64,000 bases of DNA from Magallana gigas. Its lineage: Eukaryota. The stretch covers positions 2,294,001 to 2,358,000 of the forward strand of contig NC_088859.1 in the NCBI RefSeq assembly GCF_963853765.1, given 5' to 3'. This document shows, piece after piece, positions 51,421 to 64,000 of this stretch; within the stretch, counting starts at the first letter, position 1; the number at the start of each line of letters is the position of its first letter. Both the position numbers and the translations under genes were made by a program. Below the pieces are notes generated by a model that did no database searches, was not told where the DNA came from, and was given only the letters and a program-made list of their open reading frames with translations.

Positions 51421-51509
51421 TAGTCTGGTTCAACCAAACGCTCGGCTGACACCGTAAATCTCCGACAAGGATTTACGGAGACAGCCGAGCGTCGAGTTGG
51501 ACGAAACTA
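51421..51509. mobile_element. 89-bp hairpin MITE with 10-bp TSD
   Basis: TSD tattgaactc at 51411-51420 and 51510-51519; internal perfect stems cgctcggctg/cagccgagcg and ccgtaaatc/gatttacgg. Confidence 0.85.
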
Positions 51510-52610
51510 TATTGAACTCTGGCGTAGTAATACATACGAATACAAAAAATATTCAAATTGTTCGTACCATTTAAAATTTGACTATTTTCAAGGTATTTAT
51601 AAATAAGTTTCCTTGAAAAACAATGCTTTAGCATACATTACATCGAATTAATCAATTATTTTCAAGAACTAAGTCTTGTCAGCAGCAATGATTTGTGCTG
51701 AGGTCCAAACACTGTTTCACTTTCGGTTTGTCTGAGTGACTGCATAGGAGAGTTGATTAAAATCAACTCCCAAAAATGGTATCAAGAGAAAAGCATATCA
51801 TTCTGAAAAATGCATAAAAAAATTAAAAATGTACGTTACCTGCATCTCTCAGACGACACATTGATAGTTATTAAACTTAAAATAATCTGAAATAATAAAA
51901 TAATTAACTATTCAAGCAAGTATTAATTGAAAAACAGTTTTTACCTTTAGGTTTAAGACCTTTCAAGTGCGTACAATTGAGCCAATTACTATTGCAAAAT
52001 AAAACATTCTATTGTGCCCTCCAATACTGCTGCAATTGATTTTAGTTTTTGCTAATCATGGCATAAAAACAAAAACGTTGCAACATATACATACAGGTAT
52101 ATTTTTTAACGAACAAATACATTTAACAATCATATAAATGGTTCAATTTATTGGCTGATATAGGATAGATAAACATCAGGATATGTTTTAACTAAAACCA
52201 CAAACTTTTTCAAAGTCAAAATTTAACCCTGTGTTCAAGCAAATATCATTTTACCACATTTTATTTTTTGGACAATTTGGCATTTGAGCATCTTGTTTGG
52301 AAGTTGCTGGACTGGGAATAAACAACAATGCATTGTTCATTCACTTGCATTACATTCACATGACCCTTCGGAGTTTACACTCTACGAAAGTTTTCAGGTC
52401 AGTTTGTCCTTTGATACGTCGATCAAAAGAAAAATTAATAAATCCATTTCTTAAAATAAAGATGATAGACTTGTTGCCAGGACAATATATCAGTTTCGAG
52501 AACATACGTACATTGTAGTTTTATCTTACTTAGAAAGGAAAAAATAGGCATTAGTCACTAGCCTGGTGTTTTTTTAATTACAGACCCTGAAACGTGCTAC
52601 TACACCTTTA

Positions 52611-52765
52611 AAACGAACCGTACCGCTCCGTGCAAGAAACGAACCGTACCGTTCACAAAACGAAACGTACCGTTCACAAAGCGTATCGTACCGTTCACAA
52701 AACGAACCGTACCGTTCACAAAGCGAACCGTACCGTTCACAAAAACGAACCGTACCGTTCAAAAA
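52611..52765. repeat. 21-bp tandem repeat (~7 copies)
   Basis: Unit aacgaaccgtaccgttcacaa. Confidence 0.85.
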
Positions 52766-54493
52766 GCGTGCAAGATAATTTATGCAAGACCCGCCTCCAG
52801 ACGGACAAAAAAGCGTACCGTACCGTGCAACTTCCATACACGGCTTATTGGCCTAATGTCTTTGGATGAATACAGACGGAGATTATCGCTGACCAGTTAA
52901 GTTCAATATTATGCTAGATTATTTTAAACGGGATTAGATAACACATACTACGATTTAAAACTGTTATTCTTAAAACAGTTACAAATATTTTAATTTAATT
53001 TCCTTTCTAAGACAGTAATCATTTCTTTCGACAAAACTTCCAATGCCGATTTCTTAAACATTGTAAACTATTAATGTTCACACAATTCGTGGTTATACTA
53101 TGTTTATGAACTGTTTGAAACATTGGGTACATACTATAGACTTTACATAGACTTACGCGGACCAAGAAAATGATCGGTGCTTTCAACGTGAAGTTAATTT
53201 TTTGTGATCTGAAATCGTAAATGGAGACCTTTAAATTTATTTGTTCTAAGATAAATTCAAATTAATTTACCAAATATATTTATTAATCAATTGGTATATT
53301 ATCAAAATTCAAATCAATTTAAGTCATGTGCTTTTTGTAGTTATTGTGTCCAGGTCATTTCTGCTGGCATGGCAACTGTTACCATGACCTCAGATCTTGG
53401 TGTGATATTGAAATCCCAATATACCTCAGTATCTCCATAAGTATATCCAACATCTGGGGGAGAATAGGACGAAAATAACAAACCTTTACCCAGTTTTGGT
53501 TAATTTTATTCAGAAAAGACTTTAAAAAAGTACACATTCTAGTAGGTTAAACTTTTCCATTAGAAAAAACACACAAAACAATGAGGTAAACAAGCCCCCT
53601 CTTCTCTAAAGAAATTGTACAGAAGCATCAACTCAACGCCAGAAGGCTTCAGATATTATGACTAAATATGAATGCAAATCAATATGGATTTAGAAGGAAT
53701 GATCAGATATTAAAGTTACAAGAACATCGTCAATACAAAAAAGTGCAGATCACAAAATTTAAAGTTTCACGGAAGTGATGAGATTTCATCCTATATGGTT
53801 TAGTTTTCCTTTATGATTAGAAAATACTGGACATTTCGTGGTTCAGAAATCCAAACTTCAGGTAAAGATCCACAAAGCCCTGCAATACAAGAGACATATT
53901 GTCAGTTCACTTACACATTGGTCTCATTGCTTGTCAGGAATATTGTGAGGGAACCACTGTGGAGTGTGGTCTCACCATTATTCACTGAATACTCATTTAA
54001 TTTGTTGATTTTGTTGTTTGATTAATTCACAAAATGTGACAAAAACTATTGTTCACCCATTCAAGTATTCTAAACCCCCTTAATTTCATAAAATCCATGG
54101 ATATTAATGTCCATGATTGTTAATAAGACCATAATACAAGTATTACATTTTGATTACACATTTGGTAAAGTAAACAATTCATAGGAGACTGTTTTTTCCT
54201 TTATGGTTACCGGTAGATTTGAATCGGATACATGGATAAAGTTTACGTGAATTAATTAAGTAAAATTTTTTATTTTTAAAAATGTTTTTCAAGATATAAC
54301 AAAGTGGGCAATAATGACAAGAACAGAACAACCCAGAAATAAATTGTCACTAGTGAAATGTACTGCAAGACATCCTTTTAGCAAAGTGCCAGGGACAAAC
54401 TACGAGTATCTGTAATAAACATATCCTGCTGTATTTTGTTTGCTTATCATACATTTCCAGACTTGGGAGACTGACTTTGTTGTAAGCATGAAT

Positions 54494-57400
54494 TCATAAT
54501 AAGCTTGTTCCCTGTAGCAATGTTTTAGTGTATTTTACCTCCTCTACTTGGCTGCTGCATATCCTGGGTTTGTCAAAGACCCTGGGGTCTTTAATTCCTG
54601 GTTCAATCCCTGTGTACCCAACAGTGGACATATACCCCATACCTGCAAAAATATATCATCTTCAGTATATAAACTGAATTCCTAAAGCAACATTCATTTA
54701 CTGAATCCCGATATATATAGTACATGTACAAGGAAACAATCATTACATAAAATAAACCCACGGTTTAGTTGGGGTTTACTCTGGTGTTAGGTTGGGTCTG
54801 ATCGGTACTGTAAAACCATATTTAGCATAATCTTCACAACATAATACCAGCATTCCATTTACTTTGTATTCCTTCTAATCGTACACTTTCGTTCCATAAG
54901 CGGCATCCCCCTTCCACTCGTGCTTACCACTCCTGGGGAGGGTCCCAGTGATGGTCTCCCCCACAGGGACACACAGCTTGTTAGTGATGGTGAAGTAGCT
55001 GTTCCCTCCGATGCGTTTGCGGGCCATCTGGTACACGGTGACATCCAGGCTGTCATCAGCTGTCCCCATGTGTGTATCACTGACCGCCTTGGCTTCCTCT
55101 AAAAACAGAATCTTAATATAATCATGTTTCTGTCACAGCCATGGCTTCCACTAATGTACACAACAAGCTGCTATGTATTTATTTATTCCATCTCAAAGCA
55201 TTATCATCAGCATCTTCCCAAGTCAAGGGTTTCTGATCCGCATAGCTTCTTGTGAGAAGCTATGCGGATCAGAAACCCTTGACTTGGGAAGATGTATCAT
55301 CAGCTGACAGGGAAACATTAATTTGATCCCCCCACTCCCCCCCCCCCCCATTATGTAATCAGAAATAAATGGCTTTGAGTTTTATCATAGAATATGGTAG
55401 ATAAAGGTTAATCATTTAGCACTGGATCCATTGTAAATCATTCAACAAATTTTTTCTATCTTTCATTATAAATTATGATCACTCTTACAATTTGAGATGA
55501 GGCACATATTAGACCTTTATGAGCTGTGAGTACCAGAACTGTTTTGGAGAAGGAGAGTACTGTTTGTTAAAAATCTCTAAAAATACATTAAATATCGTGG
55601 ATAAGTGTTCTCTACAAAATGAGCATGCTGATTTAAATTTGCAAAAGATGATTCTGGGGTATGTGAACACAGGTATAACAGTCCAACCTGGTACCGGGTA
55701 TATTTACCATTCTTACCTGATACACAGGTATAAATATATATATGTCTTACCTGGCAAAGAGGTATATTTATCAGTCTTACCTGGTTCACAGGTATATTTA
55801 TCAGCCTTACCTATCAGCCTTACCTGGTTCACAGGTATATTTATCAGTCTTACCTGGTTCACAGGTATATGTATCAGTCTTACCTGGTTCACAGGTATAT
55901 TTATCAGTCTTACCTGGTTCACAGGTATATTTATCAGTCTTACCTGGCACACAGGTATATTTATCAGCCTTACCTGGTTCACAGGTATATTTATCAGTCT
56001 TACCTGGTTCACAGGTATATGTATCAGTCTTACCTGGTTCACAGGTATATGTATCAGTCTTACCTGGTTCACAGGTACATGTATCAGCCTTACCTGGTTC
56101 ACAGGTATATTTATCAGTCTTACCTGGTTCACAGGTATATTTATCAGCCTTACCTGGTTCACAGGTATATTTATCAGCCTTACCTGGTTCACAGGTATAT
56201 TTATCAGCCTTACCTGGCACACAGGTATATGTATCAGTCTTACCTGGCACACAGGTATATATATATATCAGTCTTACCTGGTTCACAGGTATATTTATCA
56301 GCCTTACCTGGTTCACAGGTATATTTATCAGTCTTACCTGGTTCACAGGTATATTTATCAGCCTTACCTGGCACACAGGTATATATATATATCAGTCTTA
56401 CCTGGTTCACAGGTATATTTCTCAGCCTTACCTGGTTCACAGGTATATTTATCAGTCTTACCTGGTTCACAGGTATATTTATCAGCCTTACCTGGTTCAC
56501 AGGTATATTTATCAGCCTTACCTGGTTCACAGGTATATTTATCAGCCTTACCTGGTTCACAGGTATATTTATCAGCCTTACCTGGCACACAGGTATATGT
56601 ATCAGTCTTACCTGGCACACAGGTATATATATATATCAGTCTTACCTGGTTCACAGGTATATACATTACTGCAGTATGTAAGTTTTACCTGGAATGCAGG
56701 CCTCCTTGAATTCCTTTTGACTCAGTCGGGTAGTGTTACAATGTCCATCCATGAACGTGTACTGAACTCCCTGAAAAACAAAGCATATGCAGCCATCTTA
56801 GATTCACAGGGCACAGACTTTCTACTTGGAACTACTCCGACATCCTCGACAATAAATTTATTGAACAGAGCACGGTGGAGTCACTTCCAAAGCCAGCTGA
56901 GGATTGTGGATTGCAGACTTTCATGTACAGCTCCATATTTAACAGAGCTGACCAAAACATGCAATTGCTAGGTAACTTTAAGGTACTCTGGATAACAATG
57001 GAGTTTTCCACTTCCTTATCAATACTGTAGATTCATTTTTTTACATGAGTACTCAACTTTAGGATCCCGCCGTTTTGTATCAAATCGCAAGAATATAAAA
57101 TCGCGAACACAGACTTTTAATTCTTTATTACAGCTCTCAAATCTCAGAAAATAATAGTGAGATTTTACAATCAATGAGGGGTGCTTTTCATGATTTTATG
57201 CGGATGTTATAATTTCTTGCATTTAGTAAGGAATCTACACCACTAAAGGTAGTGATCCTTTTCACTAATATTTTTTATTTGAATAAATAGTTAGATTAAC
57301 AAGGTTATTCAATAATTTATTAGTATACATATATTTACCTGGATTGGATGGTATAGGCCTATATAATATCAAAATTTCTTCAATTCTGTTGATACATACT

Positions 57401-60400
57401 GTTTCAAAATCCATGATCACTCCACCCTCAAATGGTCGTCCATCAACTACCCCCTTTGAGAATTCTGCAAATTTTCCGTTCCTTGCATCATAGAAAATTT
57501 TCACCATTCCCTGTGAAAAATAAAACCCCCACTATATACCATCAAGAAATTTGATGTCAGTTACTTTTAAATCACTCATTCTAAATTCACACTGCCTCAA
57601 ATCTGAGTTTTACAATGCATGCATATTATTAAAAATATATCTGATTCACTTATTCACGAATCATGCATGTCTCCTTCCCAGACTTTGAAATAAACCATGT
57701 GAAGAAATCAAGCACCGATGCACACATGGTGGTGTACAGTTACAGAATTGATGAAAATACACGTACATCCATTTATATATTTTCATTGTGAGAAAAATAT
57801 ATAATATCAGGTGCCTGCATGTTAAACTTATCTTTGATTCAGGTTGCTTCTTGAATAGGCCATATAACAAATATGAGTAGTCAAAAACTTGCAACTTTTT
57901 GTTATATATATTTCTTGCAAAAATCATTTTTGTAATTTCATCAAACATGCATCTGACTAAAATTTGCAAAAACCATGTAACTTCTCATCAAGCCAAATAA
58001 TTTTCAGCTATATAGCTAATTCAAGTTATTTATATCATAAGTTATTCAAAAGATTGTGTCGAACCTGAGCATGAATTTTCGTCACATTAAAGTTGTAAAA
58101 GTTCAAGGTCAAGATCTAATAAATAAATTTTGAGAGTTGTTTTAATTCTAGTGAGGTTATTATAATGTCAAAATTGATTTGTAACATTTTTTCCCGTACT
58201 TTACTGCTTTAAAAAATTATGTTGAAAATTGAAAAATTTCTTGATACTCTATATTAATTAAATAATTGGAAATTAAAGTATTTTGGATACCTATTCAGAT
58301 CCCTATACACATATCTCTTTAATTTGACATCATTAGAAAGAGGGGGTCTAAAACTTGTTTAATACTGTTTTAGGAGAGACTGTTGGCATAATAGATAAAT
58401 TTTAATAGCTAGAAATGGCCAAAACCCTGTCATTTGTTACTTATTTTCTTAATTTTCCATTTAAAAAATAGAAAAAACTAGGAAAAAACAAGATTTTCCA
58501 TTGATTTTCCCAAAATTAAGCCCCAATACACCTTATCAAACAAAGCTATTGTTATCTTTGCAAGAATTTGTTTATATCTTAAATTTCGGCACCTTTTACC
58601 AACTGGATTTTGATCTTAAAGAAATCTGTGTGAACTATTTGTATATTTATTGACTTTGTCTGACTTTGTCTTCATAGATCTATGCAATGCAAGCTAAGCC
58701 AGCTATNNNNNNNNNNNNNNNNNNNNNNNNNNNNNNNNNNNNNNNNNNNNNNNNNNNNNNNNNNNNNNNNNNNNNNNNNNNNNNNNNNNNNNNNNNNNNN
58801 NNNNNNNNNNNNNNNNNNNNNNNNNNNNNNNNNNNNNNNNNNNNNNNNNNNNNNNNTATACGAGGGTTGTTCGGAAATTATTGAGACATTTTCTCTTATT
58901 CTTTTAGTAAAAAAGATAATCTCTTGAAATTTCACCAAAACGTAAATCAGGATAGAGATTATCAATGTGAAAAGTTTCTTGTCCGTGGCATGAATAGATC
59001 ATTCCTGGTAAACTGACCAACGTGCCTTCGACCAGTGACCTGGCGCAACCGAAAACTTTTCGCAGCATCATTTTAACGCTTCTTATTGCTCCTGTGTTTT
59101 AAACACCTTACAAATGAACGGAAATAAGAATTATTCTTTATTTCTCATCTTTTGTTTTCATTTCAAGATGTCATCATTTACATTTTCTCTCATTCTTGTT
59201 TTTTTAGGGAAAAAAATCGAGTTATTTTTACCTGAAAGTCTAATTAGGCCTAAAAAAAAAATAGGTTTGTTTCCGCTTTCCCGACCGACCCTAACTTAAA
59301 CCCACCGACCCAAATTTTTTTTTTGAGTTTTTTCGTAAATTTCCGTTTTTATCCGTTTTTTGTTAAAATTTCGTTTTTATCCGATTAAAAAATTTATAAA
59401 ACCTATGTCATCAGTGTTGTGTAGATGTTTGTTATTTACAAATGGCAGCACATGTCGTGCCAGTTGAGCTCGAGAAATGTTCCCATCAGCCGGCAGCCGG
59501 GGAAAAAGTTCATCAGATCATTTAAAAAATGACAACAAATACTTGGTTGTTTTTTATCTTACCCAGTTTAATAGATAAATGGTTTAATAACCACAACTGA
59601 ACAGATGGAGAGGAAAAAAAAAAGATTAAAAAAAAAAAAAAAAGCCGACCTACCGACCTTAATTTTTTTCAGCCTGAAAGCGGAAACAAACCTATTTTTT
59701 TTTTAGGCCTTACTGTGAATGTCTCCTGCAGTCATTTTTTTTTTATATATTTTAGAACTGTTGACAACAGTTAGTGTGTCAAAAGTACTTGATAATTAAT
59801 CCCTTTGGCCTAATTCTAGTTAAACGAGATGTTTGTAAAACACTTATGCCCCCTCCCCGCCCCCCCCTCCCCTTGGAAATATCCACAAAGAAAATGAGCG
59901 GAAACTGCAAATATTTGGAATTTTTCAATTTCAATATGTTCATCCTCTGGAAAGAAAATGAATGGAAATTGTTGGTGGACCGACCGACAGACCGACAGAC
60001 AGCAGCAAAGCAATATGCCCTCCCTTCTTCGAAGGGGGGCTTAACAATCAGTGAAAAAAAATATGATGAGCTGCATAAAGCTTTATATACCTTGTATTGT
60101 CAAAGTATAGTTTATTAAGCAATTGCATGGCCTTAAAATGTCTCCTTCTGAGATTTCCACCAGTTTGACGGTTTTCAATGCGCCGCCTTGACGTCAAAAT
60201 TCAATGTAAAGTCGTCAGATTTCTTTTGTTTGGTAAATATAATATATGTGTACCATATCCGTTTATTTAAACTCTAACATCAGTGAAACTTAATCAAAAG
60301 TTAGTCGCAAAGAATAGCAAAATGAACATATTTAATTTGATTTCTTTTATCATTTCAGTGTTTATTTCCTTATTCTCAATTCAATTTTTACATGGTCACA

Positions 60401-60714
60401 GAAAAGTGGGGGGGGGGGGGCAATTCCATTTTAATTCAATTTTTTGTATGTAACTTTAAGAAAATTCTTTGCTACGCAAAAAAAAAGGGGGGGGGAGGGG
60501 GGGGGGAGGCCCCTCATGATGCTACGTGCCTGTAAGTAAACATGGGGTCAATAATCAGTACACTCACCGCCTGGTATCCACCCTTGCCGTTCCTGTTGGT
60601 GCCTACCATAAAGCCCATGTCCCCGGCCCACTGTTTAGGGACGCAGCACCCCCGGGCCCACGACAGGTGACAGAGGACAGAGAGCCCGACAATCGACAGA
60701 ATGAGAGACTGCAT
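54494..60714 (-). CDS. Ependymin-related secreted protein (paralogue B), ~219 aa
   Basis: Exons (minus) 60714-60568, 57510-57400, 56770-56689, 55098-54928, 54642-54494 (660 nt, same intron phases as paralogue A). Signal peptide then GCCVPKQWAG, FYDARNGK, DFETGVQY, HC..ACIPE, LCVPVGE, IEPGIKDPRVFDKPRIC. The extreme C-terminus is uncertain: a GAG|gtaaaa donor near 54539 could add a further exon. Confidence 0.88.
55211..55294. mobile_element. 84-bp perfect hairpin element with 9-bp TSD
   Basis: 40-bp perfect arms, 4-nt loop tgtg; TSD tatcatcag at 55202-55210 and 55295-55303. Confidence 0.92.
55690..56662. repeat. 30-bp minisatellite (~31 copies, with 34-bp variants) in intron 3 of ependymin B
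   Basis: Unit atcag(t/c)cttacctgg(tt/ca)cacaggtatat(t/g)t; explains the stacked pseudo-ORFs at 55519-56971. Confidence 0.95.
58707..58856. other. Assembly gap (150 N)
   Basis: Run of N. Confidence 1.
59247..59709. mobile_element. PIF/Harbinger (Tourist-like) MITE
   Basis: ~35-bp TIR ggcctaaaaaaaaaataggtttgtttccgctttc; TTA TSD at 59244-59246 and 59710-59712. Confidence 0.85.
59822..60046 (+). mobile_element. Short HINE/CvA(pearl)-like element
   Basis: tatgccccc near the 5' end, (gacc/gaca)n microsatellite, 3' hairpin cccttcttcgaaggg plus gggggctta. Confidence 0.55.
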
Positions 60715-63700
60715 TTCCGAGATTCTGTTTAAGGTTTACCGATATACGAAATCTTCCGGGTATTTATGTAAAGAATCACGTGTGTTTGTTACACCTCGTG
60801 ACTTTTTATTTTTAACGTTTTACAGAGTATTGCGAAAGTTGGTACCAGCCCACTTTTACACGTTAACCTAGTCTATTTCAAGAGATTACTGGACATCACA
60901 CATAAACCCACGTGAGATGCATTCGTTTGCTCTTTCATGCTAATATCAAGACGATAAGGAAATGATTATATAATCTCGCATATGTACGTCCCTGGTCTGG
61001 TTAATTTGTAATAACTTTGCACTCTGCAGCTCATATATCTATTGTTGTGATTCATCACTTTGAAGGAAGTAATAATATCTATATTTAGGCCTACTAAAAA
61101 TTCAAATGCGTTAGCGGCTTATGTACTACTTAGAGACGAATGAGGCATTTGACCCCCCCCCCCCTTAAAAAAAATGAAAAAAAAAAAACAAAATAAAAAA
61201 TAAAACGTTTCTGTTTCAAATTCTTTCTCATTTACCATTGTTTACCAAATGCTTAATAAGTCATAACTGTATTTCAAAACAAGATCCTAACCCCTTCTAA
61301 TTTTTACAATATACATGCGTTTTTACAAAAGGCATTAATGCCTAAATAATTTGTATTACTGAGTAAAATATTTTTTTTAGTCCTATGATAAACTATGTAA
61401 GATTTATATGTATTTTGGCATATGTACGTATGGGTGTTTAATGTATTGAGTATGAAAACATATACATATATATACTAATTAAATGTTCCTGGCTCTTTCA
61501 ATCATCCAACTCTTTCCCTCTTCTATATGTTTATTGAATGTTTTTTGTATAATCTTCATGTTGCCCCTTGAGGGCCATTAATTGGTCAATAAAGAAATTC
61601 TAATTGAATAAATATTTGAAATGTGCAAATATTGTTATAACTTATTGATTACAGCTATGATTTACACCAAACTGAAAGGATGCTTTATGCATCTTCTGGA
61701 ACTGTTTTCTCTAAGAATTTATTGTGTGGAATTGTCTTTTGCTGATTATAGGCCAAAGGCGGCGAATCCATGATCCACAAGCACACTGCTCTTGTTATAT
61801 TTATTATGATGTTACATACTTTCTATTTCTTCTTCTCATAACAGATGAAAATAAGACTTGATCTAAATCACTTGTCCGGTTTATTCAGTTCTAGTTTACA
61901 CGGATTCCCAAATAGTGTTGCTGGATGATTCATAAAAAAGAGAAACTTAAGTCATAATCAAAGTACTGAAAGTACTCATGGGAGTTGAACTTGCATAAAT
62001 TTATTTTCAGTAGTATGTTTGTAATTGTGCAATGTACGTTAATAACTAGACAGCATTGAAATAGTCACCATCTCAAGGGGCCCTGCTTAAATAATGGACA
62101 ATAGAATGAAAAGAATTTCAAAGAACTTTGCTTTGACATTGACCCATAAGTTAGAAATATTCCAGCAGGATAAGAACGTTTCTTTACAAATAAAGATACA
62201 TGTTCAAGACGATTCAATAAAACACATAGATATAGACGACTCTAGGGACAGAAAAGGACCATTTTCCACAAATGATTCACTTATATTGCCTGAGAGAGCA
62301 TCGTAGCAATGTGTTTTTAAAACAAAAATAATTTGGCAGATCACATGGATTTAAAAAAAACACGTGAAGCATACTGACAAACGTGCTGACACGACTCATC
62401 CCCATTTTTCAAAATGAAATCTATATCTCCTGAAGTCCAATCCAGAACTTCCTTTAAATTGAGATACTTGTACAAAATACTGATGAGTGCATTTGAAACA
62501 CACTGCCTTCCTAGACTCCATTTTGGAAATGTATTAGAACCTTGGTGAAAATACCAACCACACTTTTTTCAACATCACTGCTACCACAAGTACCTTTTTG
62601 TTGTTTCTTCCTATCAATAGAACAAGAAGGTGATATATATCTCTTTGGCATATATTGGTTTCAATTTTAAAAACGAAATTTTCTCATAATAAGTTGATAA
62701 ACTGAACATACACATATCAATACACCCTTCATTATATTGATGTATGTCAGAAAAATAACTGTTCTAGTCCCATATGTCCTTGATTTGCATTAAATTCCTC
62801 TCTTTTGAAAGTTCATCTCCAGAATGCTCATCTCTTTGTTTGTTCCATTTACCATTGGATGCTCAACTCTACGATTTAATCTCAATGATCAACTCTACGA
62901 TTTAATCTCAATAATCAATGTTAATTTTTTCATCTCCATGTTTTTCAACTCTTGATAAGTTCTTTATTTACATTAAAATCAACATCACATTTTTAGGTTA
63001 ACCATACATGCATTTGTTGTAAAGTGCAAAACTGAATAAGATTTCTAGTATATAAGGGGTTTCAAATTAACCTTTTTTTATTTCTCGGAATAAAAACCTA
63101 CCAACTCATAATACTTTGCCTCTTACACCCTGCAGCACAATGATTTCACAGATTACTACCATGTACAGTCATAGTAAATACCATTGCACAAATTAATAAA
63201 TACCACTAAAACATCAATGTCATATCATTTACACACACCCTTAATCACTGTAAAAAAGATATTTAAAGGGCACCTGCAGCCAAGCCGATGTGAAACATAT
63301 GTCAAAGAGTTTAATTACCAAAATGTAATGCAAAAAACAGCATCGAAATCGATGCAAAAATAACGGAGTTACGCCGCTTCAAAGTGGCTATTTTTACCTG
63401 CTTTGGGAAATCTAATCAAGAGAAAACAGAATTAGGCGATAACGAAGCTTCAGCGGAAGTGACGTCACGAGGTCAACACGAGGGAAATTTCTTTACAAAG
63501 CTATACAAATTAAATTCAATTTTTCAGCCAAAATGATTAATATAGGTCTGATGTTTTGACGTATCTATTTATTTTAAGTATTGTAGATTTAGAAATTTGT
63601 ATCCGTATTTATTTTATTACAGTCAGATTTATTTTTAAAGGATTTTAAAATTTGCTATTCTCGTCGCCCTTTTACCGATGAATACGATATCTAAAAACGC

Positions 63701-64000
63701 TTGCATGGGCAGATTTAGGTTCATTATTCATTCTGTGATTACATAATATCCTTTCACACACGAGTGATCCGAGACAATGACACAGGTAAACAGGTAAGCT
63801 AACGAAGCCACTGCTCCAGACACACGTGTATCTGGGGTATGTATACACATGGTACACGAGTCTGGTGAACAAAGAGAGGGTTTGACACCTTTGGACTGGT
63901 AAATTGAATTGTGTATAATTAGCTACTCAATTGTTAAACAATAAAAAAGAAAAATGAATTAGACTGTGTGAATCAAGCATTCGTAAGCTAATTCATGTAT

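Larger units (their letters stand above)
40240..54882 (+). repeat. Tandem segmental duplication; unit 1 ~40240-46912, unit 2 ~47050-54882
   Basis: Collinear matches by eye: 40240/47050, 40840/47668, both LPMO genes, 43880/50790, 44400/52280, 46210/53637, 46861/54831. Each unit has its own insertions. Confidence 0.85.

Noticed and set aside
55519-56971. Stack of long ORFs (up to 409 aa) on both strands
   Set aside because: Translations of a 30-bp minisatellite lacking stops in several frames; they lie inside a well-defined ependymin intron.
7400-60450. Scattered poly-G/poly-C tracts as a G-quadruplex system
   Set aside because: Isolated homopolymers with no positional pattern; lengths are unreliable in assemblies.
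63260-64000. TTAA-AGGG start of another Kolobok-like element
   Set aside because: No matching right TIR found inside the window.

Overview
Intron-rich, AT-rich animal genomic DNA. The gene content and repeat types suggest a bivalve mollusc, probably an oyster (inference). Manual splice reconstruction gives six intact protein-coding genes: FDXR (+, 12 coding exons, 483 aa, two GC-AG introns); a SUN1/SUN2-type LINC-complex gene (+, 22 coding exons, ~970 aa); two ependymin-related secreted proteins (both -, 5 exons each); and, between them, two tandem near-identical AA15-type lytic polysaccharide monooxygenases (+, 3 exons, 229 aa). The rest is dense with non-autonomous transposons: TTAA-, TTA- and TA-flanked MITEs, Helentron/HINE-like elements, a 5.2-kb TGT..ACA TIR element carrying nested cargo, tiny hairpin elements with 9-10 bp TSDs, a decayed LINE RT and three minisatellites. 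There are two assembly gaps (32378-32510, 58707-58856). The most unusual observations are: (1) an in-frame 306-codon repeat-containing alternative exon in the SUN gene; (2) an intronic minisatellite made of ~31 consensus 5' splice sites, with a 3'-splice-site-like array in the paralogous gene; (3) a 4-level nested transposon complex; (4) an LPMO tandem duplication that captured the 3' end of an ependymin gene and looks homogenised by gene conversion. All coordinates and identity estimates were read by eye; no searches were run.
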